NCBI GenBank assembly: GCA_963666485.2
Contig: CAXXUO010000001.1
Coordinates: forward strand, 1,280,001-1,344,000
DNA length: 64,000 nt
DNA from: Syntrophorhabdaceae bacterium
Lineage (GTDB): Bacteria > Desulfobacterota > Syntrophorhabdia > Syntrophorhabdales > Syntrophorhabdaceae
Reading direction: 5' to 3'
This document shows, one piece after another, positions 39,254 to 49,970 of the stretch; position 1 is the stretch's first letter; every line of letters begins with the position of its first letter. The notes under the pieces are model-generated. The model was not told the origin of the DNA. It worked only from the letters and a program-made list of their open reading frames with translations, and searched no databases. A program made the position numbers and the translations under genes.

Positions 39254-41953
39254 ATGGAAACCATAAAGATCACGATTGACGGCAAAGAGGTGACAGGCGA
39301 ACGCGGCCAGACGATAATGGAAGTGGCCAATGCCAACGGCATCGATATCCCGCATCTTTGCTACCATCCGAAGCTCAGCAAGACCGGCGCCTGCCGGCTA
39401 TGCCTCGTGCGGATCGACGGGAAGATGCTCAAGACGTCCTGTACCGAATTTGCCCTGGATGGGATGAGCGTCGTTACCGAGGACGAGGCGCTCGTCAATA
39501 TCCGGAAATGGCTCCTCGGCCTTCTGCTCCTGGAAGGGGATCACAACTGCCTCTACTGCGATGCCGACGGCGATTGCGAGCTTCAGACCTATGTGAAAAT
39601 GTACAATGTCGAACGGCCTGATGAGGATTTTCCCCGGAACCCGCGGGAGGTCGACTATGTCACGAGCAATGCCATAAAAAGGAACGAGAACCGCTGCATA
39701 CTCTGTGGCAGGTGCATCAGGGCATGCAAGGAAGTCCAGGTACAGAATGTCTGGGGCTTCACCGAACGCGGCAGCCAGACCCATCTTATCGCCGACGATG
39801 ACAAGAGGATCGGGGAATCGAGCTGTGTCAAGTGCGGCGCCTGCGTCCAGCTGTGCCCCACCGGGGCGCTTACGTTCCAGCCGGTCCTCGGCAAGGGCCT
39901 TAACTGGGAACTGAAGAAGGAATCGAGTATCTGCATTTACTGCGGGGTCGGGTGCAAGATAGATTTTTTCACGAACAAGGAAGGCCTCCTCGTAAAGACT
40001 ATAGGAAGCGAAGACGGCCCGAACGTGGGGCACCTGTGCATAAAGGGGCGTTTCGGGTTCGATTTTGTACAGAAGCAGAACCGGCTGAAAGCCCCGCTGA
40101 TGAAAAAGGATGGTCAGTTTGTCGAGGTCAGCTGGGATGAGGCACTCGATTTCGTGGCCGACAAGTTAAAGGCGGTCAAAAAACAGAACGGCCCGGACGC
40201 GATAGCCGCCCTCTCATCGGCGAAATGCACGAACGAAGAGAACTACCTGATGCAGAAGTTCATGCGGGGGGTCATCGGCACCAACAACGTGGACCATTGC
40301 GCGCGTCTCTGACACAGCTCGACCGTCGCCGGTCTGGCGACAGTTTTCGGTTCGGGCGCAATGACAAACTCGATCCGCGAGGTCCCGCTGTCGGAAGGTT
40401 TCCTGGTTATCGGCTCGAACACGACCGAGAACCATCCCGTTATTGGCTCAATGATAAAGAACGAAGTCCAGAATAAGAAGAAGAAACTCGTCGTGGTCGA
40501 CCCGCGCAGGATCGAGCTCGCGAAATTTGCCGATTACTACTTCCCCATCAGGCCGGGAACGAACATTGCTATCCTCAACGGTTTCATGCACGTCATCGTC
40601 AAGGAAGGCCTGTACGACAAGACGTTCGTCGACACCAGGACGGAGGGTTTCGAGGAACTCAAGAAGGCCCTCGAGAAATACACGCCGCAGTATGTCGCTG
40701 AAATATGCGGGCTTGCCAATCCGGATGATATCGTCGCCGCGGCACGCCTGATGGCATCGCTCAAGCCCCTCGCCCTCTATTATTCGATGGGCATAACGCA
40801 GTTCGTTTCAGGTGTGAACGGGGTTAAATCAACAGCGAACTTCCAGATGCTCCTTGGCAACATGGGGGTTCCCGGCGGCGGGGTCAACCCGCTTCGCGGC
40901 CAGAACAACGTCCAGGGCGCGTGCGATATGGGCGCCCTGCCGGCGACGTATCCCGCGTATCAGCCCGTTGCGAGCGAGGAGAACAAGGCGAAATTCGAAG
41001 GGTTCTGGGGTGCGACGGACATGTCGGTCAAGCCGGGCCTTACCCTTGTCGAGATGATGAACGCGGCGCATGCCGGCGACGTAAAGGCTATGTACATCAT
41101 GGGTGAGAATCCCGTGATGTCGGACCCCAATCAGCAGCATGTCATCGAGGCCCTTGAGCACCTGGAGCTGCTCGTTGTTCAGGATATCTTCCTCACAGAG
41201 ACCGCGCAGTACGCCGATGTCGTTTTTCCTGCGTGCGCGTTCCTCGAAAAAGAGGGCACAGTTTCGAATACCGAACGCCGGGTCCAGCCCATGCACAGGG
41301 TGCTCGAGCCCGCCCCGCTCGTGCGGGACGACTGGTGGATCACGATGCAGATCGCCAACCGGATGGGCGCAAAATGGGAATATGAAGAAGCGAAGGACAT
41401 ATTCGCCGAGATTAGGAAGGTAACGCCATCCTACGCAGGCATCACCTATGCCCGGATCGAAAAGGAGCTTATCCAGTGGCCGTGCCCGACAACGGAGCAC
41501 CCGGGGACCCAGCTTCTCCACCGGGACGTCTTCTCACGCGGCAAAGGCTTATTTACCGCGGTAGAATATACGGCACCTTTTGAAGAGACCGACCGGGAAT
41601 ACCCGCTTGCCATGACGACGGGACGGGTCCTTCCGCAGTTCCATACCGGTACGATGTCGCGGAACTCGAAGGTCCTCGAGGAAACAGCCCCGGAAGGGTT
41701 TGTCGAGGTCAACCCGAACGATGCGAGCGATCTCAACATTGCGGACGGTGAGTTGGTCTCTGTGTCGACACGGCGCGGCAGTATCAGGATAAAGGCCAAA
41801 GTGGTCAGCCGGTCGAAACCCGGCGTCGTCTTTATCCCCTTCCATTTTTACGAATCCTGCGCGAACAGACTGACGGTGGATTGCCTCGATCCTGTTTGCA
41901 AGATACCGGAATATAAGGTATGTGCCTGCAGGGTGGAGAAGATCGTGGCGTAA
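39254..41953 (+). CDS. fdhA: Selenocysteine-containing formate dehydrogenase alpha subunit (899 aa) with N-terminal Fe-S domain
   Basis: ORFs 39254-40312 and 40361-41953 are in frame across TGA 40310-40312 in DHCARL-U-HSSTVAGL; CIYCGVGC, RGQNNVQG; SECIS-like hairpin follows. Confidence 0.93.
40310..40342 (+). promoter_or_regulatory. UGA codon plus bacterial SECIS hairpin
   Basis: TGA-12 nt-GTCGCC-GGTCT-GGCGAC, resembling the E. coli fdhF SECIS layout. Confidence 0.85.
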
Positions 41954-41973
41954 CCCGATAGAAAGACTATGAG

Positions 41974-42007
41974 AAGCCCGGGATGGTGAGGTCCCGGGCT
42001 TTTTTTT
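41974..42007 (+). terminator. Rho-independent terminator
   Basis: aagcccggga...tcccgggctt stem followed by a T run. Confidence 0.85.
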
Positions 42008-42010
42008 ATG

Positions 42011-42439
42011 CTACGACAATATTTCGATCAGTTCGAGGTCGAAAACGAGCTCTTTCCCCGCGAGGGGATGGTTGAGGTCGAGCGTAACGAAGGACTCCGT
42101 TACGTCCAGAACGAGGGCCCGGGTGGAAGGCCCCCGGGATGACTGTACGTCGAGCTTCGTTCCCGGACGCAGATTGATATTTTCAGGGATGCGCGACCGC
42201 GCGATGACGGCGCAGAGATCTTCACGGTGCAGCCCGTATGCATCTTCCGGTTGAATAGTGACGGTTTTCTTATCGCCGGCCTGCATGCCGACGACGCTTT
42301 TTTCGAAGCCCGGGATGACCGCGCCCCTGCCGATGATAAAGATGAAAGGTTCTTTCCCGATTGACGAATCGAAAATGGTCCCGTCACGCAAGGACCCTTT
42401 GTAATGGACCTTTACCCTGTCATTGGCCTTAGCCCGCAT
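42011..42439 (-). CDS. FKBP-type peptidyl-prolyl isomerase (SlyD/SlpA-like)
   Basis: VKVHYKG..DGTIFDSS, IPGFE, LDLNHPLAGK. Confidence 0.93.
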   Translation of the reverse strand: MRAKANDRVKVHYKGSLRDGTIFDSSIGKEPFIFIIGRGAVIPGFEKSVVGMQAGDKKTVTIQPEDAYGLHREDLCAVIARSRIPENINLRPGTKLDVQSSRGPSTRALVLDVTESFVTLDLNHPLAGKELVFDLELIEILS

Positions 42440-42544
42440 GATGCCTCCGTTGAGGATGAGAAGATTGCCCCGGGTGCAATGTCCGCAATACTATTTTTGT
42501 AACCCAAGTGGATTATTGAAGTCAATGACGGGGACAGGTTTTTC

Positions 42545-42973
42545 TCAGGCGATCTCGACGAGCTCTATCTCGAAGGTGAGGTCCTGGCCTGCCAGCGGGT
42601 GGTTCAGATCGAGCGTGATCTCGGTTTCCGTAAGGTCGCGTACCATAGCCCGGGCGATCTGCCCTTCCGCCGAGCGGACCTGCAGGGGCATACCGACCTC
42701 GAGTTCGAGCTCCGGCGGCACCTGTGAGCGCGGCACCACGGCGACAAGTTCGTTGTTATACGGGCCGTATGCATCATCAGCCGGGATCGAAACCTTCTTC
42801 GATTCGCCCACGCTCATCCCCACGATGCCATTCTCGAACCCGGGTATGACCATATTCTGCCCGATCGTGAACTCGAGGGGATCCCCCCCGCGTGATGAAT
42901 CAAATTCTGTATTGTCGGAAAGTGTCCCTGTGTAGTGGACCTTTACCGTATCGCCTTCTTTTGCCTGTGCCAT
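42545..42973 (-). CDS. FKBP-type peptidyl-prolyl isomerase (tandem paralog)
   Basis: VKVHYTG, FDSS, IPGFE, LDLNHPLAGQ; GGAGG RBS supports ATG 42973. Confidence 0.93.
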   Translation of the reverse strand: MAQAKEGDTVKVHYTGTLSDNTEFDSSRGGDPLEFTIGQNMVIPGFENGIVGMSVGESKKVSIPADDAYGPYNNELVAVVPRSQVPPELELEVGMPLQVRSAEGQIARAMVRDLTETEITLDLNHPLAGQDLTFEIELVEIA

Positions 42974-43170
42974 AACGGCCTCCATATTTGTTATAGTCTT
43001 GCAGCATATACATCCGCCTGTCATAGAGAGGTATTTCCCGTGAAAAATGAAAAGAAGAGAGGGAAAAAGGGAGACGCGGCTGACACGTTATCATAAAACG
43101 CTTTGCAGGCATTGACAAGGGAAATGTATTTCTTTACGATGTAGGAAAATCACGGTCGGAGGGTCCATAC

Positions 43171-43884
43171 ATGAGAGGAATGCGTGCGAGATCTTCAGCA
43201 CTGATCTGCATGATCGCTATACTATGTTCACTTATTTTCATCCCGCACAATGTTTCGGCAGAAGACGCGACGCAGGCACGGCATCTCGTCGAAAAAGCCC
43301 GGATGACGCTGGAATCAATTGCGAATGCCCCTGAAATGGGGGCCTTGCGGGAGCTCTTGAGAACTGCGCAGGGCGTCTTCATCTCGCCCCAGATATTAAG
43401 GGGTGCCTTTATTATCGGCGCTTCCGGGGGCAGCGGGGTGTTTCTTGTGCGCGATAAGAACAAGGGCGATTGGGCGGGACCTGCTTTTTATACCATCGGC
43501 GAAGCCAGTTTTGGCTTCCAGATAGGCGGGGATGCGTCGGAGGTGGTCCTCGTCGCGATGACGGAACGAGGCGTCAATTCCTTGCTCGGCAGCAGTGTGA
43601 AGCTCGGCGCCGATGTGGGCATCGCCGTCGGGCCGGTGGGCGCCGGGGCCGAGGCATCAACGGCCAACCTGAGTGCCGATATCATAAGCTTTTCCCGTTC
43701 AAAGGGGTTGTACGGGGGAATCTCCCTGGAAGGAGCGGTTGTAGCGGTCCGGGGGTCGTTGAACTCTGCGTATTACGGGCGGGAGGTTTCTCCTGCAGAC
43801 ATCCTGATCGCACGCGTGGTCGGCAGTTCACATTCCCTGCTCCTTCGTTCGGAATTGGCAAAGCTCGCAGGGGGACGCATTTAA
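43171..43884 (+). CDS. Lipid-binding SYLF (Ysc84) domain protein
   Basis: GASGGSG, SFGFQIG, SRSKGLYGGISLEG. Confidence 0.88.
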   Translation: MRGMRARSSALICMIAILCSLIFIPHNVSAEDATQARHLVEKARMTLESIANAPEMGALRELLRTAQGVFISPQILRGAFIIGASGGSGVFLVRDKNKGDWAGPAFYTIGEASFGFQIGGDASEVVLVAMTERGVNSLLGSSVKLGADVGIAVGPVGAGAEASTANLSADIISFSRSKGLYGGISLEGAVVAVRGSLNSAYYGREVSPADILIARVVGSSHSLLLRSELAKLAGGRI

Positions 43885-43965
43885 AGAGCTCTAAAAAAAG
43901 CGTGAATTCTCAAGGTTTTTTGGTTTTGCGGCGATAAGATCACAGTAAAAAAGGGGGATGCCGGC

Positions 43966-44766
43966 ATGAGATCACGTCACATTCCATATATCCTCACAGC
44001 ACTGGCGGTAATACTGGTATCGATCTTCGCACAGGTCGAAACGGGCTTAACTTCCATTGACCCCGCCTACCAGGACGGCTTGAATTCGCTCAGGGCAAGT
44101 CTCGAACAGCAGGGATTCACGTCCCAGGAACTGACGAACGTTTTTTCTGACAGCCGTTTTCAGCTGTATCCCCAGATCCTGGGGAAAACCGGGAAGGGAC
44201 TGAACTACCTGAGCAGGAAGTTCGGCCTCCTGTCAAAGAACTCGGTCAAGCGCGGCAAGGGCATCCTCACGCAATACAGGGCTTCCTTGAAAAATGTGGA
44301 GCAGACCTACGGGGTCCAGAAAGAGGTCATCGTCGCCATATTGCGTGTCGAGACGAATTTCGGTTCATTTACCGGGGCATACCCGATATTGAACAGCCTC
44401 GCGACCATGGCGATCATAGAGAACAGGCGCACCGAGTGGGCGCGCAAAGAAGTCGCAGAATTATTGAAGATGTGCAAGGCCCAGCAGAAGGACCCTTTTT
44501 CGATCCGGGGTTCCTGGGCCGGCGCGTTCGGCATCGCTCAGTTCATCCCGTCCTCGTACATGAACTACGCGGTCGACGGGAACGGGGACGGTACCATAGA
44601 CCTCCTGACGATGTCGGATGCACTCGCGAGCGTGGCCAATTACCTGAAGTCGCACGGTTGGGTGACAGACGATTCGGCCGGCAAATGGCGCGCCGTCTAC
44701 GCCTACAACCACTGCGACAATTACGTTCGCGCCGTCTTCGCCTATGCAAGGGCTTTGACGAAATAA
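43966..44766 (+). CDS. Lytic murein transglycosylase, MltB family
   Basis: VETNFG, GSWAGAFGIAQFIPSSY, AVDGNGDG, YNH. Confidence 0.9.
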   Translation: MRSRHIPYILTALAVILVSIFAQVETGLTSIDPAYQDGLNSLRASLEQQGFTSQELTNVFSDSRFQLYPQILGKTGKGLNYLSRKFGLLSKNSVKRGKGILTQYRASLKNVEQTYGVQKEVIVAILRVETNFGSFTGAYPILNSLATMAIIENRRTEWARKEVAELLKMCKAQQKDPFSIRGSWAGAFGIAQFIPSSYMNYAVDGNGDGTIDLLTMSDALASVANYLKSHGWVTDDSAGKWRAVYAYNHCDNYVRAVFAYARALTK

Positions 44767-44773
44767 TGACCCC

Positions 44774-45544
44774 ATGGAAAAACTCATCGATACGCATTGC
44801 CACCTGAACGACCCCTCCTTTCATGATACGATCGATGAGGTTCTCGAACGTGCGCGTAAGAACGGGATCGCGGGATGCGTTGTGCCGGCGTACGACCGGG
44901 GATCGTTCGCGCGGACGGCGGAACTGGCACGGCTATACCCGGACACCATCTTCCCTGGATTCGGTATCCATCCCTGGTTTCTCGACGATGAGGCGCTTCG
45001 GGAACTCGAGCTTTACCTGAAAATGCCCGAAACGGTATGTCTCGGCGAGGTGGGGCTCGACCTGTCCCCGGGCATGCCGCCCCGGGACAGGCAGGAAGAG
45101 TTTTTCGGTGCACAACTTGAACGTGCTGCCGGACATGGGCTGCCCGTCGCCGTCCACTGCAGGAAGGCACATGAGAGGGTATACGGGATGCTCGCACCAT
45201 ACCGCGGCCGGATAACGGCCATTATGCATTCTTTTTCGGGAAGCGTCGAGATGATGAAGAAGTTCCTCGATCTTGGTTGTTATATCTCTTTTTCCGGGTC
45301 CGTGACACGCGACACGGCGAAAAAATACCATCGCTGCGCAGTTGCCGTTCCCGATGACCGGTTCCTTATCGAAACGGACGCCCCGTCGATCGCAACACAG
45401 ACGACGGAGGCTTCCCGTGTGGAACCTATGCATGCTTCAGAGGTGGCTGCAAAGATCGCCGGCCTCAGGGGCATGTCGGTGAGCGAGGTCTGCCGCCTTT
45501 CGACCTTGAACGCGCGCCATGTCTTCGGGAACAAAATAAAATGA
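44774..45544 (+). CDS. tatD: TatD-family nuclease
   Basis: IDTHCH, GIHPW, GEVGLD, HSFSG, ETDAP. Confidence 0.92.
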   Translation: MEKLIDTHCHLNDPSFHDTIDEVLERARKNGIAGCVVPAYDRGSFARTAELARLYPDTIFPGFGIHPWFLDDEALRELELYLKMPETVCLGEVGLDLSPGMPPRDRQEEFFGAQLERAAGHGLPVAVHCRKAHERVYGMLAPYRGRITAIMHSFSGSVEMMKKFLDLGCYISFSGSVTRDTAKKYHRCAVAVPDDRFLIETDAPSIATQTTEASRVEPMHASEVAAKIAGLRGMSVSEVCRLSTLNARHVFGNKIK

Positions 45545-46299
45545 CCACGCCGGATGCATATTTTTCCCGAAGCATTATGCTGTACGGATATGAAGGGTTC
45601 GATCGCCTCCAAAGAAGCACGGTGACCGTGGTGGGAATGGGAGGGGTCGGCTCCCAGGCTGCGGAAGCCCTGTGCCGGGCCGGAATAGGGGGCCTTAAGA
45701 TCATTGATTGCGACATTTTAAAGCCGACCGATGTCAACAGGCAGATCATCGCACTCGCGACAAATACAGGAGAGAGAAAGGTCGATGCGGCCGCTTCGCG
45801 GCTCAAGGAGATCAACCCGGCCATCCGCCTGGACGCCCGATATGCTTTTTTTCACCAGGATACGGCAGATGAACTCCTCGGAGATGCGTGTGACTTCGTG
45901 ATAGACGCGATTGACAGCATGAACCCCAAGGCGGAGCTCATAAGCCAGTGCGTCCGGCGTTCGCTCCCGGTCATCTCGGCGCTCGGCGCCGCCGGAAGGA
46001 CCGATCCCGCGCAAGTCCGTTCCGGCATCCTGAAAAATACCGAGGTATGTCCTCTCGCGCGGACCTTGAGGCGTTATCTCCGCAGTCGGGACATAACGAC
46101 AGACATCCCCGTCGTCTATTCGACGGAAAAACCGGCATCTGCCCGCGGGGACGGTCCCGCCGAAACATCTGAGACATCCGGGACGTACGTACGGGGCAGA
46201 GCGCGCCGGTCCCTGCCGAGCATCTCCACATTACCCTCTATTTTTGGCCTCATCGCAGCGAATTATGTCATTTTCGAACTGCTTAGGACGCAAAAGTAA
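45541..46299 (+). CDS. tcdA: tRNA threonylcarbamoyladenosine dehydratase (ThiF family)
   Basis: GMGGVG, TDVNRQ, DAID, CPLAR, VVYSTE. Confidence 0.85.
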   Translation: MTTPDAYFSRSIMLYGYEGFDRLQRSTVTVVGMGGVGSQAAEALCRAGIGGLKIIDCDILKPTDVNRQIIALATNTGERKVDAAASRLKEINPAIRLDARYAFFHQDTADELLGDACDFVIDAIDSMNPKAELISQCVRRSLPVISALGAAGRTDPAQVRSGILKNTEVCPLARTLRRYLRSRDITTDIPVVYSTEKPASARGDGPAETSETSGTYVRGRARRSLPSISTLPSIFGLIAANYVIFELLRTQK

Positions 46300-46499
46300 A
46301 GCTGGTCCTCGAGGCCTGATGTGTCTGCAATCTACATGGTTTTTACCCCCGGACGATGAGAGGCAGCTCCGTATTGCTTTGCATTGCCCGTAATGCTATA
46401 TTCGGTTCTGAACGTCAGTGTAAAACGTAAACAGCCATTTTCTGCGACTGTTATTTCCATCGTGCGTTTTACGTTGTACGCAATTCAAAGGAGGGATCA

Positions 46500-46988
46500 A
46501 TGGTACGGGGCAAGGATATACTTTGTATCGCGATCATCGCATCTTTTCTTTTCGCGGGATATGGCTGCGGGGATTCCGGGAAGCAGGACCCGTCCCCGGC
46601 CGGGAAAACACCGCCACCGGTGGAGAAAGCGGGCGGTTTCGTAGTACCTGCCGACGGGACCCCGGGTGAACGCGTGAAGAAGCTCTGGGAAAGCACATCC
46701 CCCGTCATCCGTGCGGACGCCAGGGCATCCCTTGGCGACAAGGAATACCAGGATAAGAGGACATCCCTTTTCTCCGCATGGGTAATGCTCCAGGGAAAAC
46801 TCTCTCTCGCTGAACCGAAGGATGAGAAGGCCCAGAGAATAATCCCGGACATTTTGAAAATGATCGACAATCTCTACGGGTTCCCCGGTTTTGATCAAGC
46901 CCGGCGCGAGAAAGACCGGGAGATCGCGAAGAAATATTTCGATGAGCGGTTTCAGAAGCTGGATGTTCAGGTGAAGGGGCTGAAATAG
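46500..46988 (+). CDS. Hypothetical lipoprotein
   Basis: GGAGG RBS, hydrophobic leader ending GYGC, Pro-rich linker. Confidence 0.7.
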   Translation: MVRGKDILCIAIIASFLFAGYGCGDSGKQDPSPAGKTPPPVEKAGGFVVPADGTPGERVKKLWESTSPVIRADARASLGDKEYQDKRTSLFSAWVMLQGKLSLAEPKDEKAQRIIPDILKMIDNLYGFPGFDQARREKDREIAKKYFDERFQKLDVQVKGLK

Positions 46989-47029
46989 AGGCCGTAAGGC
47001 GTAAGGCGTGAGGCGTAAAAGGTCAGGAG

Positions 47030-47467
47030 ATGAAGATGAAGGTTATTGTTGTTGTGGTCTTGTTACTTTGTTTGTTTTCTGCATGTTCGGGCAATAAGGG
47101 GACTTATGAACAATTAGAGACCACGGATCTTCCGGTGGTCGGCACTTTCACCGATCCTTCCCGGACAATACGCGTCACTATCGGAAACAAGTTCGTCATA
47201 ATTCTCGATTCCAATGCGACAACCGGCTATTCCTGGCAGGCCCCGGAAAGAACGACAACTGTTTCCCTGAACGCGCACCGTTACGAAGCCCCCCAATCAC
47301 CGTTGCCGGGTGCAGGAGGCAGGGAGCATTTCGAATTTACCGTTCGGTCGGCTGGCAAGGAAAACCTCGTCTTTAACTATGTGCGTCCCTGGGAAAAAGG
47401 GATCCCCCCGGTAAAAACAGTGACATTTACGGTGGAAGTGGAAAATAAGAAAGGCGATAGGCAATAG
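47030..47467 (+). CDS. Chagasin-type (I42) cysteine-protease inhibitor lipoprotein
   Basis: SNATTGYSW, GAGG and RPWE motifs; lipobox SAC. Confidence 0.88.
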   Translation: MKMKVIVVVVLLLCLFSACSGNKGTYEQLETTDLPVVGTFTDPSRTIRVTIGNKFVIILDSNATTGYSWQAPERTTTVSLNAHRYEAPQSPLPGAGGREHFEFTVRSAGKENLVFNYVRPWEKGIPPVKTVTFTVEVENKKGDRQ

Positions 47468-47474
47468 GCAATAG

Positions 47475-48281
47475 GTGATTAAAATTCGCGAAAAGATCTT
47501 TTCCCATCGCCCGGTTTTTTCCCGCATCCTGCTTTTGATCTCGATCACCATCGCTATGATCGCGGCAATGTGCTGTGTCCCCCGCTTCGGGCAGCCGCCG
47601 GCATACCATGTATTCGCCGATACCAGGACAGTGTCCGGCATCCCCAATTTTCTCAATGTGATATCGAACGGCGCATTTTTTATTGTGGGGGTTGCCGGCC
47701 TTAGCATACTGATCTTCCGTCCGAGGATGTTTGTTTTCGAAAGGTCTGTGGAGAAGATCCCCTATATGGTGCTCTTTGCCGGTATCCTGCTCACCGCGCT
47801 CGGGTCGTCCTGGTATCACCTGTCACCCTCACATGACAGCCTCATGTGGGACCGGCTCCCCATGTCCATCATTTTCGCTGCGTTCATTTCCATAACAATA
47901 GCGGAACGGATAGGAGTGAAGGCAGGACTCGTCTCCCTTATCCCCTGCGTGCTGATCGGCCTCGCAACGGTCATTTACTGGCATGCGACGGAAATGGCGG
48001 GCCAGGGGGACCTGAGGCCTTACGTGTTCATGCAGTTCTACCCGACGGTAGCGATACCGCTGGCAATGGCGCTTCTGCCGCCGCGCTACACACACGCGGG
48101 CTGTCTCCTCTTTATCGTTGTTCTTTACGGATGTTCGCGGATCCCGGAGGTGTATGATGCTGTGGTATATTCACGGCTCGGCATCATAAGCGGCCACACC
48201 GTGAAGCATATCATCGCGGCCATTGCGCTGGTGCCGATCTTCATGATGCTGAAAAAAAGGGCAATAGGCAATGGGCAATAG
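47475..48281 (+). CDS. Ceramidase-like membrane protein
   Basis: YHVFADTR..IPNFLNVISN, GSSWYH, WDRLPM, SGHTVKH. Confidence 0.8.
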   Translation: MIKIREKIFSHRPVFSRILLLISITIAMIAAMCCVPRFGQPPAYHVFADTRTVSGIPNFLNVISNGAFFIVGVAGLSILIFRPRMFVFERSVEKIPYMVLFAGILLTALGSSWYHLSPSHDSLMWDRLPMSIIFAAFISITIAERIGVKAGLVSLIPCVLIGLATVIYWHATEMAGQGDLRPYVFMQFYPTVAIPLAMALLPPRYTHAGCLLFIVVLYGCSRIPEVYDAVVYSRLGIISGHTVKHIIAAIALVPIFMMLKKRAIGNGQ

Positions 48282-48335
48282 GCAATGGGGACTGAAACTG
48301 CCCTCCTATCGCCCATAGCCCATCGCCTATTGCCT
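48259..48335. repeat. Inverted heptamer arrays (AGGCAAT type) overlapping a stop codon
   Basis: gggcaat-aggcaat x2 facing cctatcg-cccatag-cccatcg-cctattg; a further arm at 47451-47477. Confidence 0.8.
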
Positions 48336-48336
48336 G

Positions 48337-49914
48337 TTATCTCAACCTGAACCTCTGTATCTTCCCCGTCGAGCTTTTCGGCAGCTCATCGACGAATTCT
48401 ATCCAGCGGGGATATTTGAACTTGGCCTGCCTTTCAAGTACCCATTGCTTTAATTCTTCTTTCAACGTATCGGAAGGTTTATAGCCATCCCGCAGGCGGA
48501 CGAATGCCTTGGGCTTGGTCAGGCCTTTTTCGTCCGGTGCACCGACGACGGCACATTCAAATACGGCAGGGTGCTGGCTCAAGGTATTTTCGACTTCCAG
48601 GGGGGATACCCAGATGCCGCCGACCTTCAGCATGTCGTCCGCGCGGCCCGCGCACCAGTAGTATCCTTCCTCGTCAACATAGTACTTATCACCGGTATTG
48701 ACCCACTCGCCCTGCATCGTTATCTTGGTCTTTTCACGTTTTCTCCAGTACTGCTGCGCCGCGCTGTCGCCTTTCACGTGCAGTGTGCCGATCTCGCCGC
48801 GGGGCACTTCCTGCCCGTTCTCGTCGACAAGCTTGAGCTCATACCCCGGGACGGGTTTTCCCGTTGAGCCCGGCCTTATATCGCCGGGGCGGTTGCTCAG
48901 GAAAATATGCAGCATTTCCGTCGAGCCGATGCCGTCAATGATCTCGATCCCGAACCTTTTTTTCCATCGCTCGAAGATGTCGGTGGGTAGCGCCTCGCCG
49001 GCGGAGACGCATATCCTGACCGAGGAGAGCTCGTGCTGGTCGTTGGGATTGCCCTCCCGGCCGGCCTCCTTGTCCTGTTTTGCCTTGTATTCAAGCATCT
49101 GGCCATACAGCGTCGGGACGCCGAAGAATATGGTCGGGCGGAACTTTTCCAGATGCCGGAAAACATTCTCGGGGCTCGGCGCGTTGACATTGAGGACCGC
49201 CGAAGCGCCAACGGACATCGGGAAATACATGCCGTTGCCGAGGCCGTACGAGAAGAAAAGGCGCGCCGCGGAAAAGACGATGTCGTTCTCGTTGATGCCG
49301 AGAACGCCCTGTGCAAAGGATTCCGAGGTGACGACCATATCATACTGGGAATGGATCGCGCCTTTCGGTGAGCCGGTCGAGCCGGAACTGTAAAGCCAGA
49401 AGCCGACATCGTCCTTCGTGGTGTACTCCGTCTTGACGACGCTCGATGCGTGCCTGTATTTCTGCTTGAAAGGTATGTGAGCGCCCTGGACCTCGGATAT
49501 GACGATGAGGTCGCGCAGGTAGAGGAGGTCGCCCTTGATCTTCGCAAGGACCGGCAGGAGCTGCTCGGATATGACGAGGACCTTTGCCCGGGAATCGTTC
49601 AGGTAATATTCGTAATCCTCGGGGGTGAGCATCGTGTTGACGGGTATCGGAACGGCCCCGATCTGGATGGCGCCCCAGAAGACGGCGTAGAACTGGGGGA
49701 CGTCGAGCATGATCATCATGATCCGGTCGTCGACGGTCAGCCCCACCTCGCGAAACGCGTTCGCTGTTTTGTTGGTCATTTTCTGGATATCGTTGTATGT
49801 GTAATTCCGGTACTCGGTATAGACTGCCGTCTTATGACCGCGCCCCTGGCGTATGTTGCGGTTCACGAAATAATCGGCTGCATTGAAGAAATCAACGGGT
49901 AATCCTGCTGTCAT
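48337..49914 (-). CDS. Benzoate-CoA ligase family protein
   Basis: WLYSSGSTGSPKG, ARLFFSYGLGN, SAGEALP, DGIGSTEMLHIF, GGIWVSP; GGAGG RBS supports ATG 49914. Confidence 0.9.
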   Translation of the reverse strand: MTAGLPVDFFNAADYFVNRNIRQGRGHKTAVYTEYRNYTYNDIQKMTNKTANAFREVGLTVDDRIMMIMLDVPQFYAVFWGAIQIGAVPIPVNTMLTPEDYEYYLNDSRAKVLVISEQLLPVLAKIKGDLLYLRDLIVISEVQGAHIPFKQKYRHASSVVKTEYTTKDDVGFWLYSSGSTGSPKGAIHSQYDMVVTSESFAQGVLGINENDIVFSAARLFFSYGLGNGMYFPMSVGASAVLNVNAPSPENVFRHLEKFRPTIFFGVPTLYGQMLEYKAKQDKEAGREGNPNDQHELSSVRICVSAGEALPTDIFERWKKRFGIEIIDGIGSTEMLHIFLSNRPGDIRPGSTGKPVPGYELKLVDENGQEVPRGEIGTLHVKGDSAAQQYWRKREKTKITMQGEWVNTGDKYYVDEEGYYWCAGRADDMLKVGGIWVSPLEVENTLSQHPAVFECAVVGAPDEKGLTKPKAFVRLRDGYKPSDTLKEELKQWVLERQAKFKYPRWIEFVDELPKSSTGKIQRFRLR

Positions 49915-49970
49915 GGTACCTCCTTCGGATTGTGAGGGGAACGGCACCGGACCGTTCTTTTCAGCCCCTT

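Noticed and set aside
39254..41953. FDH as two genes or a nonsense pseudogene
   Set aside because: The TGA is at the catalytic Sec position, in frame, and followed by a SECIS-like hairpin
33267..42973. Tandem USP pair and tandem FKBP pair as novel systems
   Set aside because: Ordinary local paralog pairs of common families
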